NCBI RefSeq assembly: GCF_009914755.1
Contig: NC_060941.1
Strand: one strand, 5' to 3'
DNA from: the human T2T-CHM13v2.0 reference genome, Homo sapiens
Length of the DNA: 64,000 nucleotides
The position numbers and the translations under genes are program-made. Shown here one piece after another: positions 30,182 through 44,308 of this stretch (position 1 is the first letter of the stretch; every line of letters starts with the position of its first letter). The notes below the pieces were generated by a model that worked only from the letters and a program-made list of their open reading frames with translations, was not told the DNA's origin and did no database searches.

Positions 30182-31224
30182 GTGTTTAAAATTTTTATAC
30201 CAACTGGCATCTCCCCTGAAAAGCATTGGTCCAAGGCATGTGTGTATTTCAAATAAAAGGAGTTCCAATTTTGTAAACTTTATGAAATGAAACACCCTGA
30301 AGCATGTCTCACAAATGAGATTGAATTTACACAAAATCAAGAGACGGGGCTGGGAGACATTCTCTTATACTCTGACCTCTGGCAAGCCACTTCCTTACTG
30401 AGGAGTTTATTCTCAGCTGTTACAAGGGGGTGGGAGCCGATGCTCTCTGGAGTCTTTCTCAACTCAAAGAAAAATGCTATAATCAATTATCTCTGGGCAT
30501 TCGGCCAACATTTTCACATTCTCTCAATAACCCATTCTGTAGGCTTCAAGGGAAGGCAAAGGTATTTGCGGTTCACTCAAAGGAGGCTGGGGTATTTCCC
30601 TCCAGGCCATGCAGGTGACCTCTGGACCTGACTGTCCAGCCAGATAGAGCTGGGGGCATGGGGGAGTTGGGTTGGTTGCTGCTGAGTTTTGCAGCTAGGT
30701 TGGTTGCCGTGAGCCAGAACATGGTGTAGACGCCTCAGACCCACATTCACAAGCTGCTATTCCCAAACTATCACTTTGCAAGGACTCTGACCCTGGACAA
30801 TATCCCTTTCTCTTCATCTTCAGAAAGTGGTAATTATTGTGATTATGAGCTATTAATGTAATCATAACTAGCAGGCAATGGAGTGGCCCAGGCAGTACCT
30901 TGGGCCCCTGCCGTCACGCAGGGAGGGAAGCTGGGTAGCCAGTTCCCCACGAGCGCAGAGAGCTGCACCTCTAGCTCACCCAGAATCTGCCCCAGCAGGT
31001 AGTGCTTCGAGTACGTCCTCTGCAGAGCCACCTGGCTAAGAGGGGAGAAAAGAAATCCGGCCGGAAGTTAGGCTGGTGGGAATTTCCAAACGAGAGCCCA
31101 TGTGTTGGGAAGGACGTGATGGACAGAACTTCTCAGGGGTTTGTTCTGAATAGTACCGAGTGGCATGCCAAAGTCAAGATTTTTATTTCTTATTTTTCAA
31201 AAGCCGCATTGATGGGAACAAGCT

Positions 31225-31360
31225 CACAATACAAACAGTGGTGATTGCAATCACTTGCCGTTCCCATGGCAACAGACAAGATTAAAAGAGCAAACAACGA
31301 AGCTGGAACTCTCTTCAGACTAAATGCTCCCGATTTTAATTGCCAGGCAGCACACTGACA
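31225..31360. promoter_or_regulatory. Candidate enhancer (RFX X-box with adjacent palindrome and FOX/homeodomain motifs)
   Basis: GTTCCCATGGCAAC at 31260-31273; palindrome GTGATTGCAATCAC at 31241-31254; in sequence with no recognisable repeat. Confidence 0.45.
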
Positions 31361-31779
31361 CATGGAGTCCCCGGCTCGCGGTTTAACAGGATCCAAACCT
31401 CTCCTCAGTTTCTAACTGGAGGCCATCTGGGCTGACCACCCACACCCTCACTCCTCCCACCCAGAGCATGAAGCACAAGAAAGCATCAGGTTGCTCCTTG
31501 AATACCTCCAGCGACGGGGAGCTCATTCCAGCCGGCTGGACGTGAGGGCTCAGTAATGGGGCAGTCTTAGCATTCAGAGGAGAAAACCATGAGGGCGTGG
31601 GTTCAGGCTGCTAAAATAAGAACCAAAAGGCAAAGGTTGATAATAGCATTAATTTTAATCAAATCCATCATTTATGGAGGCATGGTTCTCAGTGTTCTAC
31701 CCTTGACCACAGGAAGACAGCACCGATGACTTACCTTCAGCAGAGAATTCCTATGTGTCACACACACAGCGCTAGTCAA

Positions 31780-31965
31780 TCTTTATGTATGACCTCACCT
31801 AACCCTCTCAACAGCCTGCAGCAAACGTTATTATAATTCCGATTTTGCAGATGAGGGGGCTGCAGCTTGGAGAGATCAAAGCCAAGGTCACATAACCAGC
31901 GGTGGCAGAACCACAACAGAAACTCAGACCCATTTGACATCAGAGCCCAGGCTTTTGCTACCATT
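31780..31965 (-). mobile_element. MIR
   Basis: attttgcagatgagg...ccaaggtcacataaccagcggtggcagaacc. Confidence 0.75.
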
Positions 31966-33024
31966 TTGCTCCTGGAGGAAGGAATCCGCTGGATTTGGAG
32001 ACAGCTGCCTGGCAGGGGCAGGCAGTGGTGAGAAGGTGATGTCTCGGGGACCCCCGGTGGCACTGCCAAGCTGTTCTCTCTGAGCCTCCCCTAAAGGAAA
32101 CTCCAGTCTTAGGGCTGCAAGCTCAGCTCCCCTCTCTGCCTGTGGCATCTGCAGGATGGCATTGTTACTATTGCCTTCTTGAGGTTTTTCTTGTTTCCAA
32201 GGCTCCAGCTTTGCCAGCTTGATCTTCCTTCTCCCCCTGAGCCATGAGTTCCCTCTTCTCACAGCTGCCAGGCGTTTGATCAGCCTGACTCAAGCAATCT
32301 GTGCAGGTCCGGGGAGAAGCAGACCTTTGGAAAAGCAACACTGAAATAAAACAATCATGAATTCACAAAGAAAATGACGATTACATAAACCACCTGGAGC
32401 ATCTGGTCTTTCTCCCCAGATAAACAAGGTCTGTCCCCAAACTCCAATCAGTCACCATTTGCCTCTCAACTATTTACCGTGCACCTACTATGAGCCAGGC
32501 ATTGTGTGAGGACTGGAGATTCAAACTGGATGAGATCTGGATTGTCCAGAGGGAGATCCGCATGAGGAGAGCGGGCAGGAGTGGCCATCAGCAATCACAA
32601 AGCAAGGTAAACAGTGGCAAACGCTACAAGAGCAGAGGGGGGCATCACTGCTGATGTTGAGAGACAAGGAAGGTGGCTCTCCTCTTGGAGATCGTGGAAG
32701 GCTTCTTGTAGGAGAGGGCCTTCTCAGTCACTCACTCCGTCACCAAGGCGATATTGACTAAGTCCCCACAGGCACTCTGCTAGGGGCTGTGGATCTGAGG
32801 ATGAACAAAACATGGTCCCTGCAGGCTGGAACTTATTGTCTGGTGGAGAAGACAGTCATCTATTAAACCTAGCAAAAAGCACACTAAAGGACAAAAAGAG
32901 AGCTCTATGGTAAAGTAAAGTAAAGCAAACAATCATGTCTTGAGGGTTCAGGGGAACTCCCTAAGAAGAGTAGCACTGGGGCTGGGATGGGGATGCTGAG
33001 GAGGCACTAGAGGGATGAAGCTGA

Positions 33025-33990
33025 TCAGTGGGGTCACACTGGGAACCGATGGCACAAGCCAATGGGATAATGTGGGAGGACCTGGTGAGAGCGCTGTTTA
33101 CACAGATGTGGGAAGAGTCAAAAGAAATCAAGATAGTATTGGTATACTATAAAACATGCTGCTATAAAGACACATGCACACATATGTTTATTGTGGCACT
33201 ATTCACAATAGCAAAGACTTGGAACCAACCCAAATGTCCAACAATGATAGATTGGATTAAGAAAATGTGGCACATACACCATGGAATACTATGCAGCCGT
33301 AAAAAAGGATGAGTTCATGTCCTTTGTAGGGACATGGATGAAGCTGGAAACCATCATTCTCAGTAAACTATCACAAGAACCAAAAACCAAACACTGCGTG
33401 TTCTTACTCATAGGTGGGAATTGAACAATGAGAACACATGGACAAAGGAAGGGGAACATCACACACCGGGGCCTGTTGTGGGGTGGGGGGAGGGGGGAGG
33501 GATAGCATTAGGAGATATACCTAATGTTAAATGACAAGTTAATGGGTGTAGCACACCAACATGGCACATGTATACCTATGTAACAAACCTGCATGTTGTG
33601 CACATGTACCCTAAAACTTAAAGTATAATAATAAAAAAAAAAGAAATCAAGACGGGATAGTGTTGTCCCCTGGGGTTTGTAACAATAAGGAGCCCCTCCT
33701 ATCCCTACACCGAGAGGAGAGAGCCTTCGAAGGGAACTGCAGGGAGAGTGGGCTGCTCAGCTGGGACCAAGACACACAACCTGCCCAAGGCGGCCAGCAG
33801 GGGAGAAGCTGGGGAAGCAAACCCTGACCACGCTATTTTCCCACCATTTGATCGCCTGCCAAGGCCTGCCTCTGGCCAAACCCAACTGGAAGCCAGAAAG
33901 CATAGGATCCTCTTGATTAGGCTCACAGAGTCAACCTCCCAAGGGGCGGAGGGAAGTGGACAAGAATGGAGGGGCCCATGGATGCATCCA
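33025..33990. mobile_element. Ancient ERVL-type LTR remnant split by the L1PA; related pieces near 48210-48440, 50100-50360 and 58100-58400
   Basis: Shared motif ggccaaacccaactggaagccaga / aacccactggaagccagag / ggccaaacccaacgggaaggcagag. Confidence 0.45.
33134..33642 (+). mobile_element. 5'-truncated L1PA (PA4-PA6-like)
   Basis: ORF2 end plus 3'UTR and poly(A); TSD AAAAGAAATCAAGA (33120-33133 / 33639-33652). Confidence 0.95.
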
Positions 33991-34962
33991 GCCCAAGGGA
34001 GGAGTATGCACAGCCACAGCGACCAGATGCAACAATCTCTGCTCCTCCCCAAAACCCCGTTAACATGACTGGGCAGAGAAGGAAGAAGGAGAAAGGAGCA
34101 GCTGAGAGAGTACGGCAAATGTGAGACAGGCGGGACGGTGGTAACTGGCCCAGGAAATAAGAGAGAGCTGAAGCCTCAGTTGCTGCAGAGGGAAGATCGA
34201 TGACAAGCAAATGTTAGCTCCGCCGTGCCCCAGGAAGTTTCAGGAATTAGGGACACCCGGTAACGTTGAGGGTGGTGGCTCAGACCAAGGCTGAAGAAAG
34301 GCATTGGTGTCTCCCAGGTCTCGTCCTTCATCCCCAGCAGTTAGGGGCCTCGCTTGCCCTCCCTGCAAGGTAGAAGCAATTGATTAGGGAATTGGACCAG
34401 GAGAGCTCCTGACTCAGGGATACGGGCATGTCAGAGGGCCAGTGTGAGGAACACTGCATCCTAAAGGCTAAATTCTCCAGCTCCATCTGCTTGCTTGTTT
34501 GCCAACCAAACACATATCTCCAAACAGGATACTGGATTATTCGTTTCTGGTAAAATAAAAGACCCATGAGAAAACCCCTACCAGATGCTGAAGTTGAAAG
34601 CCCCCAGATGGCTGGGCCCCTGCTCCTTTATTCTATAGTAAAGCCCCTCCCCCACCGACAAGCCTAGCCCACCTGCAGAGAGGCCAACCAACCTTTTAGT
34701 GTCTCGCTCTTAAATATGCTTGGGTCGGTGAGAATCTCTAGATATTTGGGGAAATTTTTCAATATAAGACACCAAAACAGACATAGATAGAAAAAGGACC
34801 TCTGCTGAAATAGAACCAATACAGGAAGCAAAAGGAAAACTTCAAAGACCTTATAATTAATATCCTCAGGGAGATAAAGATATTGTTCCCATGAAACAAG
34901 AACAAGATCTTATAAGACGGAGGTAATCAGAAAATAAGAGCTCTTAGAAATTAAAAATACAA

Positions 34963-35276
<314 letters not shown>

Positions 35277-35583
35277 TCAGTAATATGAAAATCAGTAGAA
35301 AGGTTTGAAAATGAAGTTGAATAAACATCCCAAAAACAGGACAGGAAAAAAGATGGTCAATAAGAAATAAAGAATATAAAATTTAGAATATCAATCTATG
35401 AGAGCCAATATTTAGCTGATAGGAGTCTCAGAGGGAACAGAAAAAAAAATCATAAGAAAAACGATCAAAGAAATTCTAGATGAAATTTTATCCAAATCAA
35501 ATGACAAGTATTTCCAGATTGAATGGGTTTACTGAGGACCCATACCAAGGAAACTAAAAGGCCCACCAAAGTATGTTACCATG

Positions 35584-35959
35584 TGTATTAGCTCATTCTC
35601 ATGCTGCTGATAAAGACATACCTGGGACTGCGTAATTTATAAAGAAAAAGAAGTTTAATGGACTCACAGTTCTGCGGGGCTGGGGAGGTCTCAGGAAACT
35701 TACAGTCATGGTGGAAGGGGAAGCAAACATGTCCTTCTTCATATGGTGACAGCTAGGATAAGTGCTGAGCAAAAGGGGGAAAAGCCCCTTATAAAACCAT
35801 CAGATCTCATGAGAACTCACTAACTATCACGAGAACAGCATGAGGATCACCGCCCCCGTGATTAAATTACCTCCCACCTGGTCCAACTCATGACACGTGG
35901 GAATTACAGGAACTAAACTCAAGATGAGATTTGGGTGGGGACACAGCCAAACCATATCA
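35584..35959 (-). mobile_element. THE1 solo LTR (THE1C-like)
   Basis: TG...CA ends, 5-bp TSD CCATG. Confidence 0.92.
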
Positions 35960-36060
35960 CCATGAAATTTCAGAATATCAAGAATAAAGATTGTAAAAGC
36001 TCCTAAGAGGAAGAAAACAGTCACATACAAAGGGTCAAGAATAATAATGACTTTTGTATA

Positions 36061-36861
36061 TGTCATGTGTTGAATTGTGTTCCCTCCAAATTCATATGTT
36101 GAAGTTTTAACCCCAATACCTCAGAAGGAGGCCTTATTTGGAAACAGTCTTTGCAGATGTAATTGGTTAAGATGAGGTCACATTGGAGCAGGCTGGGCCC
36201 CTAATCCAATACAACTGGTGTCCTTATATAGAAGAGAAATCGATACACAGGCATGCACACAGGGGGATGCTATGTGAAGATGAAGGTGGAGATTGGGGTG
36301 ATGCAGCAGAAGCCAAGGAAAATCAAAGAGAGCAGCAAACCCCTAGCAGCTAGGAGAAATGCACGGAACAGATTCTACCTTACGGTCCTCAGAAGGAACT
36401 GACCCTGCTGACATCTTGATCTTGGAATCATAGCCTCCAGAACTGTGAGACAATACATTGCTAGTTTTTTTTGTTTTGTTTTTTGTTTTTTTTTTTTTGG
36501 TGGAGGGGAAACAGTTGGATTTTTTTGAGACAGGGTCTTTCCTTCTGTCTCAGGCTGGAGTGCAGTGGAGCAATCACCTCAACTTCCTGGGCTCAAGCAG
36601 CTCTCCCAACTCAGCCTCCCAAGTAGCTGGGACTACAGGCACACACCACCATGCCCAGCTAATTTTTGTATTTTTTGTAGAGACAGGGTCTCCCTATGTT
36701 GCCCAGGCTGGTCTCAAACTCCTGGGCTCAAGCAATCTGCCCACCTCAACCTCCCAAAGCTCTAGGATTACAGGCATGAGCCGCCACACCCAGCCAAATT
36801 TATGTTGTTTAAACCAACCAGCTTGTGATACTTCGTTACAGCAGCCCTAGGGAAGGAATAT
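36061..36861 (+). mobile_element. MaLR LTR (MLT1B/C-like) interrupted by an AluJ
   Basis: gttgaattgtgttccctccaaattcatatgttgaag...gttacagcagccctagg. Confidence 0.82.
36466..36795 (-). mobile_element. AluJ
   Basis: ctcctgggctcaagc, ctatgttgcccagg diagnostics. Confidence 0.9.
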
Positions 36862-37369
36862 ATTATGTGAACAAATGAAGTGACCATAAAGAGCCACTTC
36901 AAAATTCTGCAAGTCATCTCTAATCTAGAATTCCATAACCAGCCAAATATCAGCAAAGTGTGAAAGCAAAATAAAGACATTTTCAGACATGTAGCATCTC
37001 AAAAAATAAGAACAACTCCCATGCACCTTTTCTTAGAAAGCTACTGGAGGATATACTACATCAAACAAAGGAGTAGATCAAGAAAGAGGAAGACTTAGGC
37101 TCCAGGAAACAAGGAATATAACACATAGGAGGCAAAAAGATGTCCCAGAATTGCAACTGGGAAGTAAGGCTGAAGACCAACTAGTCCAGACTAAAACAGT
37201 AGACTGTAAAAGGGCCAGAATCAGAAGGAAAAACATTAAAGACAGACAATAATTATCTAATTATTGACCATGTGGAAAATAATATTGAGAAGAATTTTAT
37301 AATATCAAAGGAATATCTGGAAAACATCACTGACTGATGCCTAGAAAAGTCAGCAATGCATTGTTGGAC

Positions 37370-38200
37370 AGTTATTTATTGAGCACCTTCTAGAGGCCTG
37401 GCACCATTCTAAGCACCGGGAACACAGCAGTATATAAAGCAGATAAAAAATCCCTGCCCTCATGCAGCATATGTTCTAGAGAAGGAAATCAGACAATAAT
37501 GGAAATAAGTGAAATCTATAGCATATTAGATGATCATTGTGCTACAGAGAAAAATAAAGTGGGAATGGGGATGCCAGGATGAGGTTTGGGGTTCAGCTTT
37601 AGATAGTCAGGGAAGGCACCACAGCAAAAGTCCTGAAAAAGGAGAAGGAGGAAACCATGCAGATACCTGGGGAAGCAAATGCATAGCAAATGCAAAGTTT
37701 CTGCAAAGGGAGCATACCTAGCAGGTCAGGAAACACCAAGGAGGCTTCTGTGGCTGGAGTGGATTGAACCAGAGAAGGAGATTTGCATTGCAATAGAATA
37801 GAAGAGTGACATGATCTAACTTATCTTTTAAAACAGTCACTCCAGCTTCTGTGTTGAAATAGACTGTCAGGGAACAATGGTGGAAGTAGAGTGACCAATT
37901 ATGAGGCAGATTGTAAGCATCTGGATGGGAGCCAATGGTGGCATGGGCTAAGGCACCAGCAGTGAGAGAGGGTAAGAGACAGATTGTGGCTGTGTTTTGC
38001 AGGTAGAGGTAACGAGAATTTGCCAAAATTGGATGTGGAGTGTAAGAGCAAGCAGAGAATCAGAGGAACTTCAAAGCACCTCGTCTGAACAGTTGCAGGC
38101 TGGAGTGACTGGTAGCTGGGCTAGAGAAAGATACAGGTGAATATTGTGGGGTGGTGGGGAGCATAGAGGATGTGCCTTAGGCATATTAAGAAAGCTTATC
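37370..38200 (-). mobile_element. L2 remnant
   Basis: tatttattgagcacc...ggcaccattctaagcac...ccctgccctcatg. Confidence 0.65.
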
Positions 38201-38207
38201 AGACACA

Positions 38208-38789
38208 TGTGATGGTTGATATTAAGTGTCAACTTGACTGGATTGAAGGATGCCTAGATGGCTGGTAAAGTATTGTTTCTGGGTGTGTCTTTAAGGGTGT
38301 TACCAGAGAAGACTGACATTTGAGTCAGTGACCTGGGAGAGGAAGACCCACCCTCAATGTGGGTGGGCACCATCCAATCAGCTGCCAGTGCAGCTAGCAC
38401 AAGGCAGGTGGAATAAGATGGGATAAACTTGCTTGCTGAGTCTTCTAGCTTTCATCTTTCTCCTGTGCTTGATGCTTTCTTCTGCTCCTCCTGCCCTTGG
38501 ACATCAGACCCTAGTTTCTTCAGCCTTTGGACTCTGGGACTGCACCAGTGGCTTGCCAGGAGCTCTTGGTCCTTTGGCCACAGACTGAAGGCTGCACCGC
38601 CAACTTCCCTGGTTTTGAGGCTTTTGGACTTGGACTGAGTCACTACCACCTTCTCTCTTCCCCAACTTGCAGATGGCCTATTGTGCGACTTTGCCTTGTA
38701 ATCGTGTAAGCCAATTCTTAATGAACTGCCTTTCATATATTGATAGATCCTATTTGGTTCCGTCCCTCTGGAGAACCCTAACTAATACA
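38208..38789 (+). mobile_element. ERVL solo LTR (MLT2A2-like)
   Basis: tgtgatggttgatattaagtgtcaacttg...gagaaccctaactaataca; TSD ACACA/ACACC. Confidence 0.88.
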
Positions 38790-39541
38790 ACACCCAAGTG
38801 AAGAATTTGAGGTCATTGTGTACAGAGGTCTGGAGCACAAGGTAGGGGTGTGGGCAGATCATGAAAGTGGTCAGTAAGTTCTTGGTATTCAAAGCCATGG
38901 AGACAGGATGAGATTGAACAAAATAGGAGGAAAACAAAAACCCAAACAATTATGTGAAAAGAAGCCTCATCATATCGTATCGCTGGCTTGACAGTGAACA
39001 ACAGTTATAGAGTCATAATAATTAGAAACACAAGATAGTGACTTAACCAAAATTGTGATGTCACTGTGCTGGGAAGATGGAAAAGTGAAGATGGAAAATA
39101 AAGAAAGAGCTGGGAGGTAAGATCTAAGATTGCCAATGCCTGGTCTTTATACTAGAAAAGAAACAGATCGTGTTGGAAATCTGTAACTCAAGACTGAGTA
39201 GTTAAAGATACGCCTGGTTCAGAGCAGGCTGAAAATTGCCCTAAAAGAAAGCACTGCAATTCCCTTTCCCTGTGCACTGAGCACCCTCAACAGCCCTGTC
39301 CAGACTTGTGGGTGGCCAGATCCCTGGAAGGAAAGGCGGGAGAGCTCTAGCTGGATAAATGGCACATTTCTGGCAATGTGATTGTGTGTATGCAGTAATT
39401 ACTCAGCGATTGCAACTTCCAGCATTACTATTTAGGTAAATCTGTGTCAAGATGCTGTCTTTGTTCAGTGGCCTAATACCACTGTTGGACACATAGTTGA
39501 ATAATTAAGTTGGAATTCATGTTTGGATATATATTAAAGGG

Positions 39542-39944
39542 TGTTATTCGTCCATTTTTGCATTGCTATAAAGACATATCTGAGACTGGGTAATTTATAA
39601 AGAAAAGAGGTTTAATTTGGCTCATGGTTCTGCAGACTGTATGGGAACCATGGCTGGGGAGGCCTCAGGAAACTTACAGTCATGGGAGAAGGCAAAGGGG
39701 AAGCAGGCAAGTCTTAAATGGCTGGAGCAGGAGGAGGAGGGAGTGGGGAAGGTGCTACACACTTCTAAACATCCAGATCTTGTGAGAACTCTATTATGAG
39801 AACACCAGCAAAGGGATAGTGCTAAACTCTTCATGGGGGATCCAGCCCCATGATCCAGTCACCTCCCACCAGGCCCCACCTCTAACAATGGAAATTATCA
39901 TTGAACATGAGATTTGGGTGGGGACACAGATCCAAGCCATATCA
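39542..39944 (-). mobile_element. MaLR solo LTR (MSTA-like)
   Basis: TG...CA ends, 5-bp TSD AAGGG. Confidence 0.9.
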
Positions 39945-40856
39945 AAGGGCTACTTTTGTTTTAAACATACCCTTTCTTCCATTACATGCTGATTGCCAGG
40001 AAGTTCATTCCCGAAAGAAGTACAACTTTTTTTCCTGTCATTCTGTGCTTTTCTGTGCTTTTTCAAGACTACGAACAGTTCTACAAGAGAAAAATAAACT
40101 TCAGAACTGCCTGAAACAAAATGTTATTATGAATTGGCCACTCAAGAAGAAGTGATGATGTGAGGTTTCAGGTTTTATTAACTTAAACCATTTGGTAGAC
40201 GGATTTTCTTTTTTTTAATGAAACGCAGACCTGTGACTCATTGAGCTTCGCAGGGATAATGATCAAGAGATAACTGAATTTCTTCTTCCACTCTGTTTTC
40301 CAGCTTCACATATTTCTCTAAATAGATGTCCATGTTTTATTTCGTAATTTTGCTTTGCCTTTACTCAAAACCAGGATGGGCATTTCTTCCCCAAGTGAAT
40401 TTTAACGCAGCTGCTGCAGGCTGCAGAATAAAACCCCGCTGGAGAAAGATGCTCCATTAAAGTAAGATTGAAGCCAAAATTGAAAATTGAGAGCTAATTT
40501 TTGTGTACCTTTTGAATGGATGCATTTTTTAAATTGGCAATTTGAAAAAGAATAAAATTGTTCAGAATATACAGTGCAATGGGAGAAAGCAGATTGGGCA
40601 GAATTCTTGTAATTCTAATTAGATGCATTCCCCTGTTTGAGATTTACTTACAGAGCAATCTTAGTTTTAATGGAAAGAAATGCTTATTGATGAATTTGAT
40701 TGCTACTGTGGATTCTTACTTGCCTTTCGTGGCTACAGGATGAAGCCTCACAAAATGGGAAGTTAGGGATCCAGGCGTAGAGTCCGTCTTCCTTGCTACC
40801 AACTGGAACTCTTGTGCCCAGAATGCAGTGGAATTTACTAAGAAATGCTAAATAGC

Positions 40857-40860
<4 letters not shown>

Positions 40861-40899
<39 letters not shown>

Positions 40900-41155
40900 G
40901 TCTCTCTCCTTCTAGAGGGAGGATCTTTCTTTCTTTCTAGAGACAGGATCTCGCTCTGTCACCCAGGCTGGAGTGCAGTGGCTATCATAGCTCATTGCAG
41001 TCTAAAACTCCCAGGCACAAGCAGCCCTCCAGCTTCAGCCTCTTGAGTAGCTAAGATGATAAGTGTGTGCTACGATGCCTGGCATTTTTTTAAATGTATT
41101 TGTAGAGACAGCATCTCGCTATGTTGCCCAGGATGGTCTTGAACTCCCAGCCTGA
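40861..41155 (-). mobile_element. Truncated AluJ with adjacent (TC)n
   Basis: gagacaggatctcgctctgtc...atcatagctcattgcag; (TC)n at 40861-40895. Confidence 0.85.
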
Positions 41156-41778
41156 AGTAATGTTACTTTAATTTAGATGTCCTGGGTAGTCCAAAGATAA
41201 CTGGGAATTAATTTTTCACCATATTGAGGGACTGCTTGGAATTGCACCTGGAAGGCAATGATGTCATCAGCAGATGGCCCGTGGCTTACCTATTGCAAGG
41301 GTACCTGGGTATTCTCATCCTGGAAGTATGGGGTCCTCTATTTGAGATTTAAGTGGCTTTGCTGATCTGATTATTGGCAATGTGAATAGGAATATATGGA
41401 CTGACATGGAAAGTATCAGTCTTGAGTAGCTTGAAAGTCAAGAATCTCATATGTTAAGGAGTAAAACATTTTTTAGGAGACCACTGAAAAATGGAAGGGC
41501 AAGAACAAAGATACAGATACAAGGATGATGAGAGAGAAAGGCAGAGATGTCATGTTAACTGAAGCATCTGTTTACATGGCCTATGAAGGAAGAGAACCCA
41601 GATAAGAGATTCTGGGGGATGAAGCTCAGGCCAAATCCTTGGCCTTAGTTTGCCCCTGGGTGTTGCTGACCTCTAAAAGCTGCAGCTGAAATGGAAACAA
41701 ATCTGTCCGAGATGTTTCTGTCCATCTGAGGTCTGTTCTTTTCGCCTGAGACCATCACCTTGATATATACCACCGTAC

Positions 41779-42227
41779 TGTATTCGTTTTCTATGGCTAT
41801 CCTAACAAATGTCCACAAACTTACTGGCTTAAAACAACGCAAATGTATTATCTTACAGTTCTGGAACTCAGAATCCCTAAAGGGGTCTCACTGGGCTAAG
41901 ATCAAGATGTTGGCAGGGCTGCATTACTTTCTGGAAGCTCTAGGGCTGAATTCTTGTCCTTGTTTTTTCCAGCCTGACCACATTTGTTAGCCAAGTCCTT
42001 CCCATGGTGCCATCTCTCTGGTTCTCCCTTAACCTATTCCCCTTTTAAGGACCGTCATGATTATGTTGGATCCACCCAACATATATTCCTACCTTAAGGT
42101 CAGCTGATTAGAAAACTTAATTCCAACTGCTACCTTAATTCTCCTTTGCCATGTAACCTGCCCTACTTGCAGGTTCTGGGGATTAGGACACGGGCATCTT
42201 TGGGAGGCCATGATTCTTGCCTACTAT
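41779..42227 (-). mobile_element. MaLR LTR (MLT1D-like)
   Basis: tgtattcgttttctatggct...ggcttaaaacaac...gattaggacacgggcatctttgggaggcc. Confidence 0.8.
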
Positions 42228-42470
42228 GGAGAATTCCAATTCCTGGACCACACCTCCCTCAAAGAAGTAGCTGAACCAGATATGGAGATGGGAAAGAGGA
42301 TTTCTGGTGGCAAGTTCTATTGATGCTACTGACTGACACAGATGACTCTACCCATCTAGCGTCTCATCTGAAAGCCTAACAAAGGGATTCACCATGAAAA
42401 AAGAAAAACAAGATGGGAAATAGCACATAAAAAGTGAACACATAAAGAGAGTAAATGCATAAGAGAAGAA

Positions 42471-42931
42471 TTTTTTTTTAATTTATTACACTTTAAGTTC
42501 TGGGATACATGTGCAGAACGTGCAGGTTTATTACATAGGTATAAACATGCCATGGTGGTTTGCTGCACCCATCAACCCGTCATCTACATTAGGTATTTCT
42601 TCTAATGTTATCCCTCCCCTAGCCCCCAGACCCCCGGACAGCCCCAGTGTGTGATGTTCCCCACCCCACCTGTGTCCATGTGTTCTCATTGTTCAACTCC
42701 CACTTATGAGTGAGAACATGCGGTGTTTGGTTTTCTGTTCCTGTGTTAGTTTGCTGAGAATGATGGTTTCCAGCTTCATCCATGTCCCTGCAAAGGATAT
42801 GAACTCATCCTTTTTTATGCATAGTATTCCATGGTGTATATGTGCCATATTTACTTTATCCAGTCTATCATTGATGGGCATTTGGGTTGGTTCTAAGTCT
42901 TTGCTATTGTGAACAGTGCCACAATAAACAC
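42471..42931 (-). mobile_element. L1PA 3' end (L1PA7/8-like)
   Basis: Reverse of ORF2 end (EFISFAGTWMKLETIILSKLTQEQKTKHRMFSLISGS) plus 3'UTR. Confidence 0.93.
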
Positions 42932-43835
42932 CCCCAAAGCCTTCTTCATTCCTTTCAACACTGTGTCTCCCCATAATCAGATGTAGAACATCAGACACAA
43001 ATCAACATTTTTACTTCGCCTCTGTGAACCTTAGTTTCCACATCGGTTTGATGGGGGAATAACACCTGGTATTACCAGGGTTACTTACTGGTGATCCCCT
43101 AGTAAGAAGGCAAACCCAATTGGTTGAAGAGTTCAGCAGTTTTTGCACTATATGCTACATTTATTATAGGCATTGACTTCACCGTCCTGATAAGAGCCTT
43201 GGTTTCCTCATCTGGAAACTGGGGATAATAATAATTCTCTACCTCATAGGGTAGGGAGGGCAGGTGGCACTTGCTTCTGATAGGTCCCTTCTTTCAAACA
43301 AGTCACCCTCTGATGATCAGTCATTGCCTAGTTGTCAATTCTCAGTCTCTCACACACACACGCACTTCCCGGCCTCCTTCCCTCTGCCCACAAGCAGGCA
43401 TGGACTTCCCCTTCCGTGGTGGAGCATCCACGAGCCGGTTCTCTGCTCCCCTTCATTGGTGAGCTCCTCTAACCCACGGCCTCCACTATTCACCACTCCT
43501 CCCTCACTTACCAGTGTTTGCATTCTGTCTTTGGTCTGAAGCTAAGCTCCAGATCCTTCCCATGGCAACATAGCCTTGTAGCTCTCATTCTTCCTCGCTT
43601 TTCCACGTGTTTGACTTGGCACGAGGCCACCTTCTCCTCCAGGTAAGACCACGCTGGGTCTTCAGCCTGACTAAGCTCCCCACTGGATTCTGAACTCCAG
43701 TGAGATCAAGAGGCAGTCTATCTCTCCCCCACCTCCGTAAACCCAGGGCCTCGGAACCTGGAATGCAGCAGGCTTTTAGCACCGCCCAACATGAATGAAG
43801 GGACAAATGAATTTATTCAACAGTTCATCACTCCC

Positions 43836-44308
<473 letters not shown>

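Noticed and set aside
38208-38260. MLT2A LTR as a DUX4- or OTX2-driven promoter
   Set aside because: The motif reads TGACTGGATTG here, matching neither the DUX4-type TGATTGGATT nor OTX2 GGATTA; there is no sequence support for activity.
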